This document shows, piece after piece, positions 1-11,376 of a stretch of 64,000 nt of DNA. Numbering within the stretch: position 1 is the first letter of the stretch; every line of letters begins with the position of its first letter. The stretch lies in contig CAWEYG010000005.1 in assembly GCA_963813155.1 (NCBI GenBank), positions 215,786 to 279,785 of the forward strand. Direction: 5' to 3'. Below the pieces are notes generated by a model, which made no database searches, was not told the DNA's origin, and saw only the letters and a program-made list of their open reading frames with translations. The translations under genes and the position numbers were made by a program. This DNA comes from an uncultured Acidobacteriota bacterium. Lineage in GTDB: Bacteria; Acidobacteriota; Thermoanaerobaculia; UBA5066; DATFVB01.

Positions 1-575
1 GTGTCGGTGTTCCAGCCGCCGCCCGGCGGCGAATCGAAACCGATGGCCGCGTAGAGGCGGTTGCGCCGTTCTTCCGGCCGCGTGCTGCCGATGTACATCG
101 AGCCGAAGTTTCCGTGGACCCGAAAACCGTCGAACGATTTCGAGAGCAGAAGCTCGGGGACGAAATTCGTTCCGTGGGAGGCGAAGCCCGTGGCGAGCAG
201 GGCATCGAACCTCACCCCGATTCCCGGGCGGTCTCCGGTTTCGGTGACGACTTGCGCCAGGACGTGCAGGTCGAGATCTCCCGAGCCGATCCCGCGGCGG
301 GCATTCAGCCGCGGGTTCGTCAGGAGGCGAGTCTCGCCGCCGATTTCGAAGTTCGGCGCGAAACCGTAGACGAGCGCCAGGGCCGGACCCGCATAGTCGA
401 CGTGATCGAGCCGCACGGCGTAGGCGTAGTCGAACGAGCCCGAGTACGTCCCCGGGGAAATCGGGACCGAGTCTTCGATCGTGATCGGCCGCCCCGCCTC
501 CAGGTTCGAGACCTCCTGTGCCCGCGCGCCCGCGGCGGGCAGAAGGGCGAGCAGGAGAAAAAGCGCCCTCCTCAT
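1..575 (-). CDS. Secreted/outer-membrane protein, runs off the window edge
   Basis: Read by hand: ATG at 575 overlaps the upstream stop (ATGA); MRRALFLLLALLPAAGARAQEVSNLEAGRPITIEDSVPISPGTYSGSFDYAY... has a signal peptide with an A-x-A site. Absent from the ORF track because no stop lies in the window. Confidence 0.6.
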   Translation of the reverse strand, partial: MRRALFLLLALLPAAGARAQEVSNLEAGRPITIEDSVPISPGTYSGSFDYAYAVRLDHVDYAGPALALVYGFAPNFEIGGETRLLTNPRLNARRGIGSGDLDLHVLAQVVTETGDRPGIGVRFDALLATGFASHGTNFVPELLLSKSFDGFRVHGNFGSMYIGSTRPEERRNRLYAAIGFDSPPGGGWNTD

Positions 576-1405
576 CGGAGACCGTATCTCTTCTCGGCCG
601 CCCGGAGGCCGGCGCGGCGCGCGGCGGCGTCGGAAGACGAGAGCGCCTCGAAGAGCTCGATCCGAAAGTGCGTCGCGCGGTCGAGCACGGCGGCGACGAG
701 CGGATAAGACTCCGTGAAGGCGGGCGCGAATCGCGTGTACCAGGAAGCCTCGATCGAATCCGGCGGCTGCTCGATCTCGCGGTCGTACCGATCGACGCTG
801 GCTTTGACCTTCCAGCGCTGCTCGCGAAAGCTCGCGGCGGCGAGGTCGTCCGCCGACTGGGCGAAAAGCCAATCGCCTTCGAGCAGCAGCCTGGCCGTTC
901 GGAATTCGCCAAACCTCGCGTCGACCCCGGCCGGCGCCGGCTCGGAGAGCGCGTACTGTGCGCGCCGATACTCCGTCAGACTTCGCTCGATTCGCACCTT
1001 CGTGTTGATGCCCAGCGCGTCGGTCGCGGCGAGAGCGTCGGCGACCTGGCGTTCGAGCCGGTCGGCTTCCAGGATCGCGCCGAAAGCGCGGGAAGCTTCG
1101 CGCGAAAAGCGGGGAGCGCAGAGACGGGCGTCGGGCGGAAAGTTCGGAAGGCGATGGATCGCCGCGAGGACCGATTCTTCGAGCGTTTCGTCGAGCTCGC
1201 GGCCGATCCCCCGGGTCCACGCGTTCTCGAGAGCCCTCCAGCGGCCGTACCGGATCGCGTTCTCTCGCGCATCGAGATCGGGAAAGAAGCGGTGAACGGA
1301 GTGAGAGGAGAGACCCTGAAAGGGAAGCCGGAGGGACGTTTGCCCGGAACAACCGATCCCGAGGAGGAGCGGCAGAAGCGCCAGTCGCAGCATCAACTCC
1401 TTCAT
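572..1405 (-). CDS. Hypothetical lipoprotein
   Basis: C-terminal part of ORF 572..2791; MKELMLRLALLPLLLGIGC is a lipoprotein signal; TAAAAT box 10 nt upstream of ATG 1405. Confidence 0.65.
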   Translation of the reverse strand: MKELMLRLALLPLLLGIGCSGQTSLRLPFQGLSSHSVHRFFPDLDARENAIRYGRWRALENAWTRGIGRELDETLEESVLAAIHRLPNFPPDARLCAPRFSREASRAFGAILEADRLERQVADALAATDALGINTKVRIERSLTEYRRAQYALSEPAPAGVDARFGEFRTARLLLEGDWLFAQSADDLAAASFREQRWKVKASVDRYDREIEQPPDSIEASWYTRFAPAFTESYPLVAAVLDRATHFRIELFEALSSSDAAARRAGLRAAEKRYGLR

Positions 1406-1449
1406 GGATCGGAGAATTTTAACCCGTAATCCCCCGGGCACCGTCCCCT

Positions 1450-2791
1450 TCAGGCGAGTGCGCGCCATTCCGAGGAGGAGGATCGCGAGGTTGATCGCGG
1501 ATCCCGCGATGACCGGGTCGACGTGAAAGAGCAGTCCGGGGAAAAATCGTCCGAGCAGCGCGGCCGAGCCGCCGGCGACCATCGCCGCGATCGCGTCCCG
1601 CGGCGGAACCCAGAGAACCGGGAAGAAGCCGAAGAGAATCGGAAGGATCATCCCCGCCGCGAAGATCGAATATCCGAGCTTCAGGGTCTCCACGATTTCC
1701 CGCATTCCGAGCGCGACGAGCAGGCCGAGCGCCCCGTAGACGGGCACGAGGAGTCGGGCCGCGCGGAAATCCAGCGCCCGGCCCGCGAGCGGCGCCACGT
1801 CGCGGGCCGTCGCGGAGGCCGCCGTCAGGAGCACCGAGTCCGCGGAAGACTGCATGGTTGCGAGCAGGGCAACGGTCGCGAAGGAGGCGAGAACAGCGGG
1901 AGGGAAAGTCGCGAGCGCCGCCGGCAGCGCCTCGGAAGGATTCGCGCGGGCCAGTCCCGCCGCGCGCGCGCCGAGGGCGATCGCGGCGACCGCGCCTCCG
2001 AAGACGACCTTCGACGCGGCCGCGCCGAAAGCCGAGAGGCGGGCCGAGCGCTCGTCGCGGCAGGAGAGCAGCTTCGAGTAAATGTCGCCGCCGACCAGGT
2101 GGGGAAGCCCGATCAGCACGAGCCAGCCCGCGACCTCCTTCCAGCCGAGCGACGGCGACACCGGAAACGTGCCTGCCGCCCGGGGGAGCGCGGCGCGGAA
2201 ATGCGGCGCGCTCGCGATCGTTCCGACGAGCAGGATACCGGCCACCATCAGCGCGTACTGGACGAGATCGGTCGCGACGACCGCGTACTGTCCCCCGATC
2301 GCCGTGTACGCAATGAAGACGGCCGCCGACACGAGGAGCGCCGCGGTCGGGGGCACGCCGAGGGCGGCCGTGAGCACGATTTGAGAAGCCTCCGTCAGCA
2401 GGGCGAACCACGCGATCTCGGCGACGACCACGAGCACTCCCGCCGCGGCCCGCGCCGACGGCCCGTAGAAACGGCCGGCGATTTCCGGGAGCGTGAAAGC
2501 TCCCGTGCGGCGCACCTTTCCCGCGAGAAAGGCGCCGAGCAGGAAGAGACCGAGGGCGCCCGAGAGGTCGAGCCAGACGCCGGCGAGGCCGTGGCGATAC
2601 ACGAGGGCGGCGCAGACGATCGTCGCCGACCCGCCGGTCGTCGTGGACGCGAGCGCGGCAAACCCCCGCCAGGGACCGTACGAACGGTCCGCGACGTAGA
2701 AGGACCGCTCGCCCGCGGAGGCCTTGCGCCGCGTGGCGAGGCCGATCGCGAGCATCGCCGCGAGGTAAACCGCGAGAAAAGCGACGGTCAT
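1450..2791 (-). CDS. Sodium:solute symporter (SSS/PutP-PanF family)
   Basis: About 13 TM helices, SFYVADRS, YTAIGGQYAVVATDLVQ, MQSSADS motifs. Removing one C in CGCCTGA gives a stop at 1450-1452, so the fusion to the lipoprotein is probably an error. Confidence 0.85.
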
Positions 2792-2798
2792 GGGCCGG

Positions 2799-3981
2799 TC
2801 AAGCGCCGGTCAAACTGTCGCCGACGGTTCGTGCGGAGGCTTCGAGGACGAGCGTTCCGATCGCGAGAGCCCTCTCGTCGAAATCGAAGACGGGGGAGTG
2901 GTGGGGCCGGTGCGGGCCCTCGAGGGCGGACCCGACGAAGAAGAAACAACCCGGGACCCGGTCGAGGTAGACCGACATGTCCTCTCCCCCCATCGTCCGG
3001 GTCTCGACGATCGAACCGGGCCCGAGGACGCGCTCGACGGACTCCGCGACGAGAGCGGCGATGCCGGAATCGTTGACGGTCGCGCGGTTGATGCGCCGGT
3101 AGTCCACGCGGCACGAGAGGCCGTGCGCGGACGCGACGCCGTTCGCGATGCGCGCGATCTTCTCCGGGATCGCAGCGGAAGGCATCCTCGGAAAAGGAGC
3201 GCGCCGTCCCGAGGAGGCGGACTTCTTTCGGAATGATGTTGAAGGCGGAGCCGCCGTGGACGGACCCGATCGTGACGACGGCCGGGTCGAACGGCGAAAT
3301 TTCCCGGGCGACGATGCCCTGAAGCGCGTCGATCAGTCGCGCGGACGCGACGATCGGGTCGAACGTCTCGTGCGGCGCGGCCCCGTGCCCCCCGGGGCCG
3401 GAAAGGACGATCTCGAACTCGTCGACGGCGGCCATCTGCGGGCCTGCGACGAGACCGATCTTTCCGACGGGAAGCTGGTTCCAGAGGTGGATGCCGAGCG
3501 CCGCGCCGACCCCTTCGAGAACGCCGTCCGCGGCCATCGCTTCCGCCCCTCCTCCGCCTTCTTCCGCCGGCTGAAAGAGCGAGCGGATCGCGGCCCGGGA
3601 GGGAGCCGCGAACAGGCGCCGCGCCACCGCGAGGCCGATCGCGACGTGTCCGTCGTGGCCGCAGGCGTGCATGCGGCCGGTCTCTTCCGAGGCGTAGGGA
3701 ACGTCGTTCTCCTCCTTCAAGGGCAGCGCGTCCATGTCGGCGCGGATCATCAGCCTCGGCGTTCCGGCCGGCCCGAAGTCGCACGTGACGCCGGTTCTCC
3801 CGATCCCCTCGCGGGGCGACAGGCCGATCGAGCGAATTTCCCGGCAGACGACCGACGCCGTTCGGGTTTCCGAAAACGCGAGCTCGGGATGCCGGTGGAG
3901 ATCTCTCCGGATCGCGACGAGCGAGGCGAGCTCCGGCTCGGGAAAGGATTCCGGCGCCGTTCCGGGCATGCGGGCGATCAT
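2799..3981 (-). CDS. M20D family amidohydrolase (apparent frameshift near 3178)
   Basis: RRDLHRHPELAFSE, RADMDALP, MHACGHDGH, FQPAEEG; C-terminus (MGGEDMS, HHSPVFDFDE) in ORF 2799..3185. Confidence 0.9.
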
Positions 3982-4370
3982 AGCTCTCCCTCGAGCCGCT
4001 CGATCTTGCCGCGCAGCTCCTCGGAAAACGGCCTCTTCGCGCCGGCATTCCAGTCCCACAGGACCTGCGTGCTGCGGGCTTCGGCGACGAGCTCGCCGCC
4101 GCGCGTGAGCCGGTAGGAAAAATCGAAGGACGTCTTCCCGATGCGCGTGCAGCGGATCTCGACCTCGAGGAGATCGCCCATGTACGCCGGCCGGCGGTAC
4201 TCGATCGAAGCGCTCGCCATGATGAACCCGATGTCGAGGATGCTCCGCAGACCGATGAGGCGGTCCCAGTACTTCTGCCGCGCGTACTCGCAGTAGCTGA
4301 AGTAGACGGCGTTGTTGAGGTGCCCCATGGCATCGATGTCGCGGTAGGGAACTTCGACAGAGACTTTCAA
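3978..4370 (-). CDS. Acyl-CoA thioesterase (4HBT/YbgC family)
   Basis: DIDAMGHLNNAVY motif; TTG start overlapping the MFS stop, with a GGAG RBS. Confidence 0.9.
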   Translation of the reverse strand: MKVSVEVPYRDIDAMGHLNNAVYFSYCEYARQKYWDRLIGLRSILDIGFIMASASIEYRRPAYMGDLLEVEIRCTRIGKTSFDFSYRLTRGGELVAEARSTQVLWDWNAGAKRPFSEELRGKIERLEGEL

Positions 4371-5530
4371 ATGCTCTCCTGCGCGGCCGGTTTTGCGGAG
4401 ACGGCCCAGACCGCGAGCGCGCCCGCCGACGCCGCGACGAGCGCCCCCGTCCACTGCGGACCCTTCGGCCCGAAGCGGAAATACGCGTACTCGCCCCAGA
4501 GGGGGCCGAGGATTCTTCCCAGCGACGACATCGACTGGTAGGCGCCCAGGACCGTTCCGCGCTCCCGGCTCCCGGAGAGCCGGGAAATGAAGGACGAGAG
4601 CGCCGGGTTCGCGGCGCCGATTCCGAGCGTCAGGGGGACGAGCACGAAGCGCAGAGCGCCCGGCGTTCCCGAGAGCGGCATCAGGAAAAGCCCGAGCGCG
4701 ACGAACAGAATGCCCGCGACGGCGAGCACGGGTTCGCCGAAGCGCCGGGAGAGGGGGCGAATCGCGCCGCCCTGCACGAGCGAGATCAACACGCCGATGT
4801 ACACGAAGAAAAACGCGACAGCCGTCGGCGTCGCTCCTATCCGGTCGTGCAGGAACTGCGAAAACGTCGCCTCGAAGTTCGAAAACGCGAACGTCACGAG
4901 GAAAAAGACCGCGAGGACGAGAAGAATCCGGCGATCGCGGATCGCCTGGAAAATGCCGCGGCGGCTTGCCCGCGCGGGGCCCGAGTGCTCGGGCTCGCGG
5001 AGAAAGAACGCGGTTGCGAGCAGCGCGCAGGCCGATAGGGCCGCGGCCGCGAGGCCGGGGGCCGCGGGTCCCCACAGGACCGTCACGCCCGCGATCGCGG
5101 GGCCGAAGATGAATCCCAGGCCGAACGCGGCTCCCACCACCCCCATTCCCTTCGCGCGATCCTCCGGCTTCGTCACGTCGGCGACGTAGGCCTGCGCCGT
5201 CGAGATGTTGCCGCCGGAGATTCCGTCGATGATTCGCGCGGCGAAGAGGGCGGCGAGCGAGCCGGCGAAAGCGAACAGCACGTAGCCCGCGACCGAGCCC
5301 GCGAGAGAGACGAGCAACACCGGTTTTCGGCCGAACCGGTCGGACAGGCGTCCGAGGACGGGAGCGAACAGAAACTGCATGGCGGAAAACGACGAAAGCA
5401 GGAGCCCGAACTCGAGCGCCGAGGGGTGGTACCTCTCGGCATAGAGGGGAAGGAGCGGAATCACGATCCCGAACCCCAGCAGGTCGATGAAGACGATCGC
5501 GAAGATCGTCGCGAGGGGGCGGGATTTCAC
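4367..5530 (-). CDS. MFS transporter, TetA/DHA1-like
   Basis: IVFIDLLGFGIVIPLLP, GRLSDRFGRKPVL motif A, GFIFGPAIAG motif C. Confidence 0.9.
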   Translation of the reverse strand: MKSRPLATIFAIVFIDLLGFGIVIPLLPLYAERYHPSALEFGLLLSSFSAMQFLFAPVLGRLSDRFGRKPVLLVSLAGSVAGYVLFAFAGSLAALFAARIIDGISGGNISTAQAYVADVTKPEDRAKGMGVVGAAFGLGFIFGPAIAGVTVLWGPAAPGLAAAALSACALLATAFFLREPEHSGPARASRRGIFQAIRDRRILLVLAVFFLVTFAFSNFEATFSQFLHDRIGATPTAVAFFFVYIGVLISLVQGGAIRPLSRRFGEPVLAVAGILFVALGLFLMPLSGTPGALRFVLVPLTLGIGAANPALSSFISRLSGSRERGTVLGAYQSMSSLGRILGPLWGEYAYFRFGPKGPQWTGALVAASAGALAVWAVSAKPAAQESI

Positions 5531-5602
5531 GCGTTCAATCTACCGGAGAGGGGAGAGGTTGGCAAAGCGGGGATAAGATCACCGCTTCAGAAGGGGGTTC
5601 CC

Positions 5603-5851
5603 ATGGAAGATTTCTTGGATCCCGAAATTCCCGCCGGCGCGGCGAATGCCCCCGGCGAAGACTCGTCGCTCTGGGAAGAGGCGAAGTCGCGAAGCCGGAT
5701 GGCGGGCGAGCGGATCGGCCAGGAATGGGAGCGTCTGTCCGAGGGCGCTCAGGAATACGCGGACGAGCACTCCGTGGGCGTCGCGTTCGGCTCGTTCGGC
5801 GTCGGAATCGCCCTCGGGGTCCTGATCGGGATTCTCGTCGCCCGGGATTAG
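5603..5851 (+). CDS. ElaB/YqjD/DUF883-like C-terminally anchored small protein
   Basis: Charged helix followed by a C-terminal TM segment (GVGIALGVLIGILVARD); GGGGG RBS. Confidence 0.6.
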   Translation: MEDFLDPEIPAGAANAPGEDSSLWEEAKSRSRMAGERIGQEWERLSEGAQEYADEHSVGVAFGSFGVGIALGVLIGILVARD

Positions 5852-6195
5852 CGAACCGGCTCGATTTTCACGAGCCGGATCTTCCCCGATTCCTTCTCCA
5901 GCGTTCCCAGGATCCGGACGAGACGATTCGCGAAACGGCGAGCCGCCTTCTGATCGTCGATCTGGTAGACGTCTCCGGTCGTGTGGTCGGCGAGGACGTA
6001 TTCCTGCTTGTATTTTTCGCAGCACTCCCGCGTGCACACGAGGTCGTTGGGAAGATGGTGCTGCTTCTTCATGCGCGCGTGGTCGAGGCCGCATTCGCTG
6101 TCGGAGACGATGCCGGAAAACAGCGCCGGGGCGTCGGCCGCGCGCGCGAGCGTTGCGGACAACAACAGAACGAGGGCAGGGCGAAGAGTCCTCAC
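5848..6195 (-). CDS. Secreted DUF5818-like OB-fold protein
   Basis: Signal peptide then GIVSDSECGLDH...CTRECCEK..YVL; GTG start overlaps the upstream stop. Confidence 0.6.
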   Translation of the reverse strand: MRTLRPALVLLLSATLARAADAPALFSGIVSDSECGLDHARMKKQHHLPNDLVCTRECCEKYKQEYVLADHTTGDVYQIDDQKAARRFANRLVRILGTLEKESGKIRLVKIEPVR

Positions 6196-6617
6196 GGAAC
6201 CGTCTCCCCTTCGCACTCCGGGCAGGGCGCCCACATCTCGCCGTCGGGGGGGATCGGGTGCGCTTTCGTCTCGAGCCGGCCGAACGCGCCTCCCTTGATG
6301 TGCCACAGGTAGCATTCGTGGCGGAAGCTCTCGAGTGGGGTCGCCGCGACCGTCCAGCCGAATAGCACGTTCTCGCAATCGGGCCCGCACCGCGCGATCA
6401 GGGCCTTGCGCAGGTCGCGCTCGTCGCGGCCCACGGATTCGCGGATTCCGCCGCGCGGCAGAACTTCCTTCAGGTAGAAGGCCCCGGGCAGCTGCGCGAC
6501 GACGCAGCGGCGGACGATCTTCTCCGCGAGCCGCTGCGCCTGGTAGATGACGACTTCTTCTTCCAGGCCGGGGAAGAGCGACGCCTGCAGAAACGGCTCG
6601 GAGACGGCCGCCTTCAA
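6192..6617 (-). CDS. Hypothetical Cys-containing protein
   Basis: TTGA/GTGA overlaps on both sides; CGPDC and C-terminal CPEC. Confidence 0.55.
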   Translation of the reverse strand: MKAAVSEPFLQASLFPGLEEEVVIYQAQRLAEKIVRRCVVAQLPGAFYLKEVLPRGGIRESVGRDERDLRKALIARCGPDCENVLFGWTVAATPLESFRHECYLWHIKGGAFGRLETKAHPIPPDGEMWAPCPECEGETVP

Positions 6618-6874
6618 GGTTCGCCGACCGCGCGCAGGGCCTTTCGCCGGACCCGGCCCTCGGGAGAGAGCGCGATCGCCTCGCCGCAGCCGGCGCAGTC
6701 GAACTCCGGAGACAGGGCCAGCAGCGACGTGTCGACGCACAGGATCGCGCCGCAGTCGGGGCAGGAGACCTCGAAGAACTCGCCCAATTCCGAAAAGCGC
6801 GAGTGGGGAACCTTGTCGGCGCTCCCATGTCGCAGGGCATAGGGAGGCGCTTCGAACGGTCGGGTTCGGTTCAT
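6614..6874 (-). CDS. Small zinc-ribbon protein
   Basis: CPDCG...CAGCG; GGAGG RBS before ATG 6874. Confidence 0.6.
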   Translation of the reverse strand: MNRTRPFEAPPYALRHGSADKVPHSRFSELGEFFEVSCPDCGAILCVDTSLLALSPEFDCAGCGEAIALSPEGRVRRKALRAVGEP

Positions 6875-7004
6875 CGGATCCTCCATTTTCGAAAATGAGG
6901 GCTCGCCCGCAAGATTGAGGGGAGAGCGGCTTGGAAAGATCGCCTCGAGCTCCGGGAGGTGCGGATTCATGCCGTTGATCCTCTCGAACGCGACAGCTCG
7001 TGTG

Positions 7005-8361
7005 TCAGTTCATTGTAGAACCCTCGCCGGAAAATCGCAACGAAAAACGTTCCAGGCTTGCCGACATTCGCGCCCCGAGCACGAGGAAGAGGAGGGGAAC
7101 CAGAGCGATCGTCACGCGCGCGAAAGTGAAATCGGCGAAGCGAGCCGCGTCGGTCCACGCCGAGGCCGCCGGGGCGACGGCGTAAAGGGCGATCATCGCG
7201 CCCAGGGGGACGAGGAGCGGGTCCGCGAGCGACCGGCGCGTCGCGAGGAGGACGAAAGCGACGCCGAGGATCGCCGGGAGCGCCGGAAGGACGACCGAAT
7301 GCAGCAGGCCGACGGCGGTCTCCTGGAGCCGCTGAAGGAAAACGGCTCCTCCCCTTTGAGCGATCAGCGACCAGCGGAAGGCCGCTGTCGGAGGCCGCTC
7401 CCCGGATCGCCCGCAGCAAGGCCTGGTGGAGGACCGGGACCGCGGCGAATATGGCCGCGGCGGTGACGGAGCTCCGCCCCCGGTCGCGGATCCAAACCCA
7501 CGCGGCCGCGGCCGCAAGGAGCAGGAGAAACACCGCGCCTTCCTTTTTGAGGCTGCAGCAGAAGAGCGCGGAGAGGAGGAGCGGCCGCGCTCTCGCCGAA
7601 CCCGGCGCGTCGAGGGCGTCGAGAAGGGCAGACCCCGCCAGGACGAAGCCGAGCGCCATCGGGATGTCGGCGAGGCCGACGAGAAAGCTCTGGTACAGCG
7701 GGAAAAATCCGGCCGTCAGCACCGTGCCCGCGGCGGCCGCCGCCGGCCCGCAGCGCCGCTTCAGGAATCCCCACGTCAGGAGGAGGGTCGCGAGCTCGAA
7801 GGCGGGGTACAGAAGCGCGAGGGCCTGCGAGTCCCACCCGCCCGCGAGGGTCGACAGCGCCGAAAAGAGCAGGGACAGCAGAAACGGGTAGGACGGGTGA
7901 ACGAAAGCGAGCTCGGGATCGTGGAAAAAGCGCGGCGGTAAACCTCCGGAGAGGTAGAGCATCTTCCCCTTGAGACCCCAGATGGCGACGAAGTCCCAGG
8001 CCCACATCGGCTCGGAGAGCGCGTTCACGCTGAAAAGGACGAGGCCGCCGAGAGCGAGAATCCCGGCCGCCGTCGCGATCCGGCTCGGGGCGCCGGCGGT
8101 TCGCGGCGCCTTTGGAGCGCGGTCGCGGAAGGCCAGGGCCAGGGCGGCGAGAATCGTCCAGAGCTTCCAGGGGGCTGCCCGCAGGCCGAAGAGGAGGACG
8201 ATTGCCTGCGCGCCGGCCAGGGCCAGCAGGCCCGCGATCCAGGACCACGCGGCGAGCTCGGCGTTCGAAAGGTCCCTCAGGCGGCGGACGAGCGGGTACC
8301 CGAGGACGCCGAGAGCGGCGAAGATCACGGCCATTTCGGCGAGATCCCGGGCCGCCCTCAT
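7005..8361 (-). CDS. Polytopic membrane protein, GT-C/PMT-like glycosyltransferase (apparent frameshift near 7382)
   Basis: Many TM helices; WDFVAIWGLKGK, HPSYP, ADIPM, KKEG motifs; C-terminus continues in ORF 7005..7517. Confidence 0.6.
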
Positions 8362-8747
8362 CGCAGGGCCTTCAAAGAGCCGCGGGCCGCCCCTTCGCCG
8401 CCGTAGACCGCGAGAAAGTCGGCCTTCGCGCCCTCGTGAAACTCGGTTACCGGGCGCGGCGCAAGGGCGTAGTGGGCGGTGTAGAAGTACAGCCGGTTCG
8501 TCTCGGGCAGCGAGACGGCGACCGAAGCGTCCGGGGGAACGCGCCGCCGGACTTCTTCGAGGAAGGAGCCGAACGCCGGATCGAATTCGTACAGGGTTCC
8601 GCGGCGCTCCGCTTCCCCGACCGGGAGGCCCGCGAGCCGGGGCAGCTGCAGGGCCCTGCGTTTCAACTCCCACCGACGAAAACTCGCCGCGTCGGAAAAA
8701 AGGAGAAGAGTCAGGCCCAGGGCGACGAAGACCTCTCGGACCCGCAC
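8358..8747 (-). CDS. Hypothetical membrane-anchored protein
   Basis: C-terminal 129 aa of ORF 8358..9632; N-terminal hydrophobic segment, HYALAPRPV; stop overlaps the next ATG. Confidence 0.55.
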   Translation of the reverse strand: MRVREVFVALGLTLLLFSDAASFRRWELKRRALQLPRLAGLPVGEAERRGTLYEFDPAFGSFLEEVRRRVPPDASVAVSLPETNRLYFYTAHYALAPRPVTEFHEGAKADFLAVYGGEGAARGSLKALR

Positions 8748-8796
8748 GTTGGGGGAATAGTAGCGCCTTTTGCTAAGATCGCTCGGGAGGCTCTGC

Positions 8797-9988
<1,192 letters not shown>

Positions 9989-9994
9989 AGATCC

Positions 9995-10690
9995 GTGATC
10001 AACAAGGTCGTCGCGTCCGCCGATGAAGCCGTCCGGGACGTGCCGGACGGCGCGGTGCTCGTCGTCGGGGGATTCGGCCTTTGCGGCATTCCGGAAAACC
10101 TGATCGCCGCTCTCGTGCGAAAGAACGTCAGGAACCTGACGGCGGTTTCGAACAACTGCGGCGTCGACGACTGGGGCCTCGGGCTGATGCTCCGGAACAA
10201 ACAGATCCGGAAGATGATGTCTTCGTACGTCGGCGAGAACGCGGAATTCGAGCGCCAGTTCATCTCCGGGGAGCTCGAGGTCGAGCTCGTGCCCCAGGGC
10301 ACGCTCGCGGAGAGGATGCGCGCGGGAGGAGCCGGGATCCCCGCCTTCTACACGCCGGCGGGCGCGGGCACGCTCGTCGCGGAAGGAAAAGAGACGCGGT
10401 CCTTCGACGGCCGGGAATACCTGCTCGAGCGGGGGATCGTGGGCGACTTCTCGATGGTCGCCGCGTGGAAAGGGGACCGGTACGGAAATCTCGTGTACCG
10501 GAAGGCCGCCCGCAACTTCAATCCGATGGCCGCGACGGCGGGAAAGATCTCGATCGCGGAAGTCGAAGAGCTCGTCGAACCGGGCCAGCTCGACCCGGAA
10601 TGCGTGCACACGCCGGGAGTGTTCATCCATCGGGTCGTCGTCGCGCCGCGCGAGAAACGGATCGAGCGGCGAACGGTGTCGAAGGCGTGA
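9995..10690 (+). CDS. scoA: 3-oxoacid CoA-transferase subunit A
   Basis: [26 protein letters not shown] motifs. Confidence 0.92.
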   Translation: MINKVVASADEAVRDVPDGAVLVVGGFGLCGIPENLIAALVRKNVRNLTAVSNNCGVDDWGLGLMLRNKQIRKMMSSYVGENAEFERQFISGELEVELVPQGTLAERMRAGGAGIPAFYTPAGAGTLVAEGKETRSFDGREYLLERGIVGDFSMVAAWKGDRYGNLVYRKAARNFNPMAATAGKISIAEVEELVEPGQLDPECVHTPGVFIHRVVVAPREKRIERRTVSKA

Positions 10691-10710
10691 AGCGATGAAA
10701 CGATGAAGCA

Positions 10711-11376
10711 ATGACGTTACCGCGCGAGGGGATCATCCGCCGGGCCACGAAAGAGTTGCGCGACGGATTTTTCGTCAATCTCGGGATCGGAATGCCGACG
10801 CTCGTCGCGAACCACATTCCTGCCGGCATGGAGGTCATCCTTCAGTCGGAAAACGGCATCCTCGGCGTCGGACCGTATCCGACGGAGGACAGGGTCGACG
10901 CGGACCTCATCAACGCGGGAAAAGAAACCGTGACGGTTCTGCCCGGCGCTTCGTACTTCTCTTCGGCAGACTCGTTTGCGATGATCCGGGGCGGGCACAT
11001 CGACCTCTCGATCCTCGGCGCCATGCAGGTGGACCGCGAGGGCTCGATCGCGAACTACATGATCCCCGGAAAGATGGTCAAGGGGATGGGGGGGGCCATG
11101 GACCTCGTCGCGGGCGCGAGACGGCTCGTCGTGACGATGGAGCACGTTTCGCGCGACGGCTCGCACAAGATCCTGGACGCGTGCACGCTGCCGCTGACCG
11201 GCCGGCGCTGCGTCCATCGGCTGATCACCGATCTCTGCGTGTTCGACGTGATTCCCCGGGGGGGAGGATTGCGCCTCATCGAGACGGCCCCCGGCGTCTC
11301 GCTCGAAGAAATCCGGACGAAGACGGGATGCGATTTTGAGGTCGCGGAACGTCTGGCAGTCATGGATGTCTCCTGA
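10711..11376 (+). CDS. scoB: 3-oxoacid CoA-transferase subunit B
   Basis: NLGIGMP, QSENG (catalytic Glu), GMGGAMDLV motifs. Confidence 0.92.
   Translation: MTLPREGIIRRATKELRDGFFVNLGIGMPTLVANHIPAGMEVILQSENGILGVGPYPTEDRVDADLINAGKETVTVLPGASYFSSADSFAMIRGGHIDLSILGAMQVDREGSIANYMIPGKMVKGMGGAMDLVAGARRLVVTMEHVSRDGSHKILDACTLPLTGRRCVHRLITDLCVFDVIPRGGGLRLIETAPGVSLEEIRTKTGCDFEVAERLAVMDVS

Noticed and set aside
572-2791. Novel symporter-lipoprotein fusion (739 aa)
   Set aside because: One extra C hides a TGA at 1450, and the second half has its own -10 box, ATG and lipobox.
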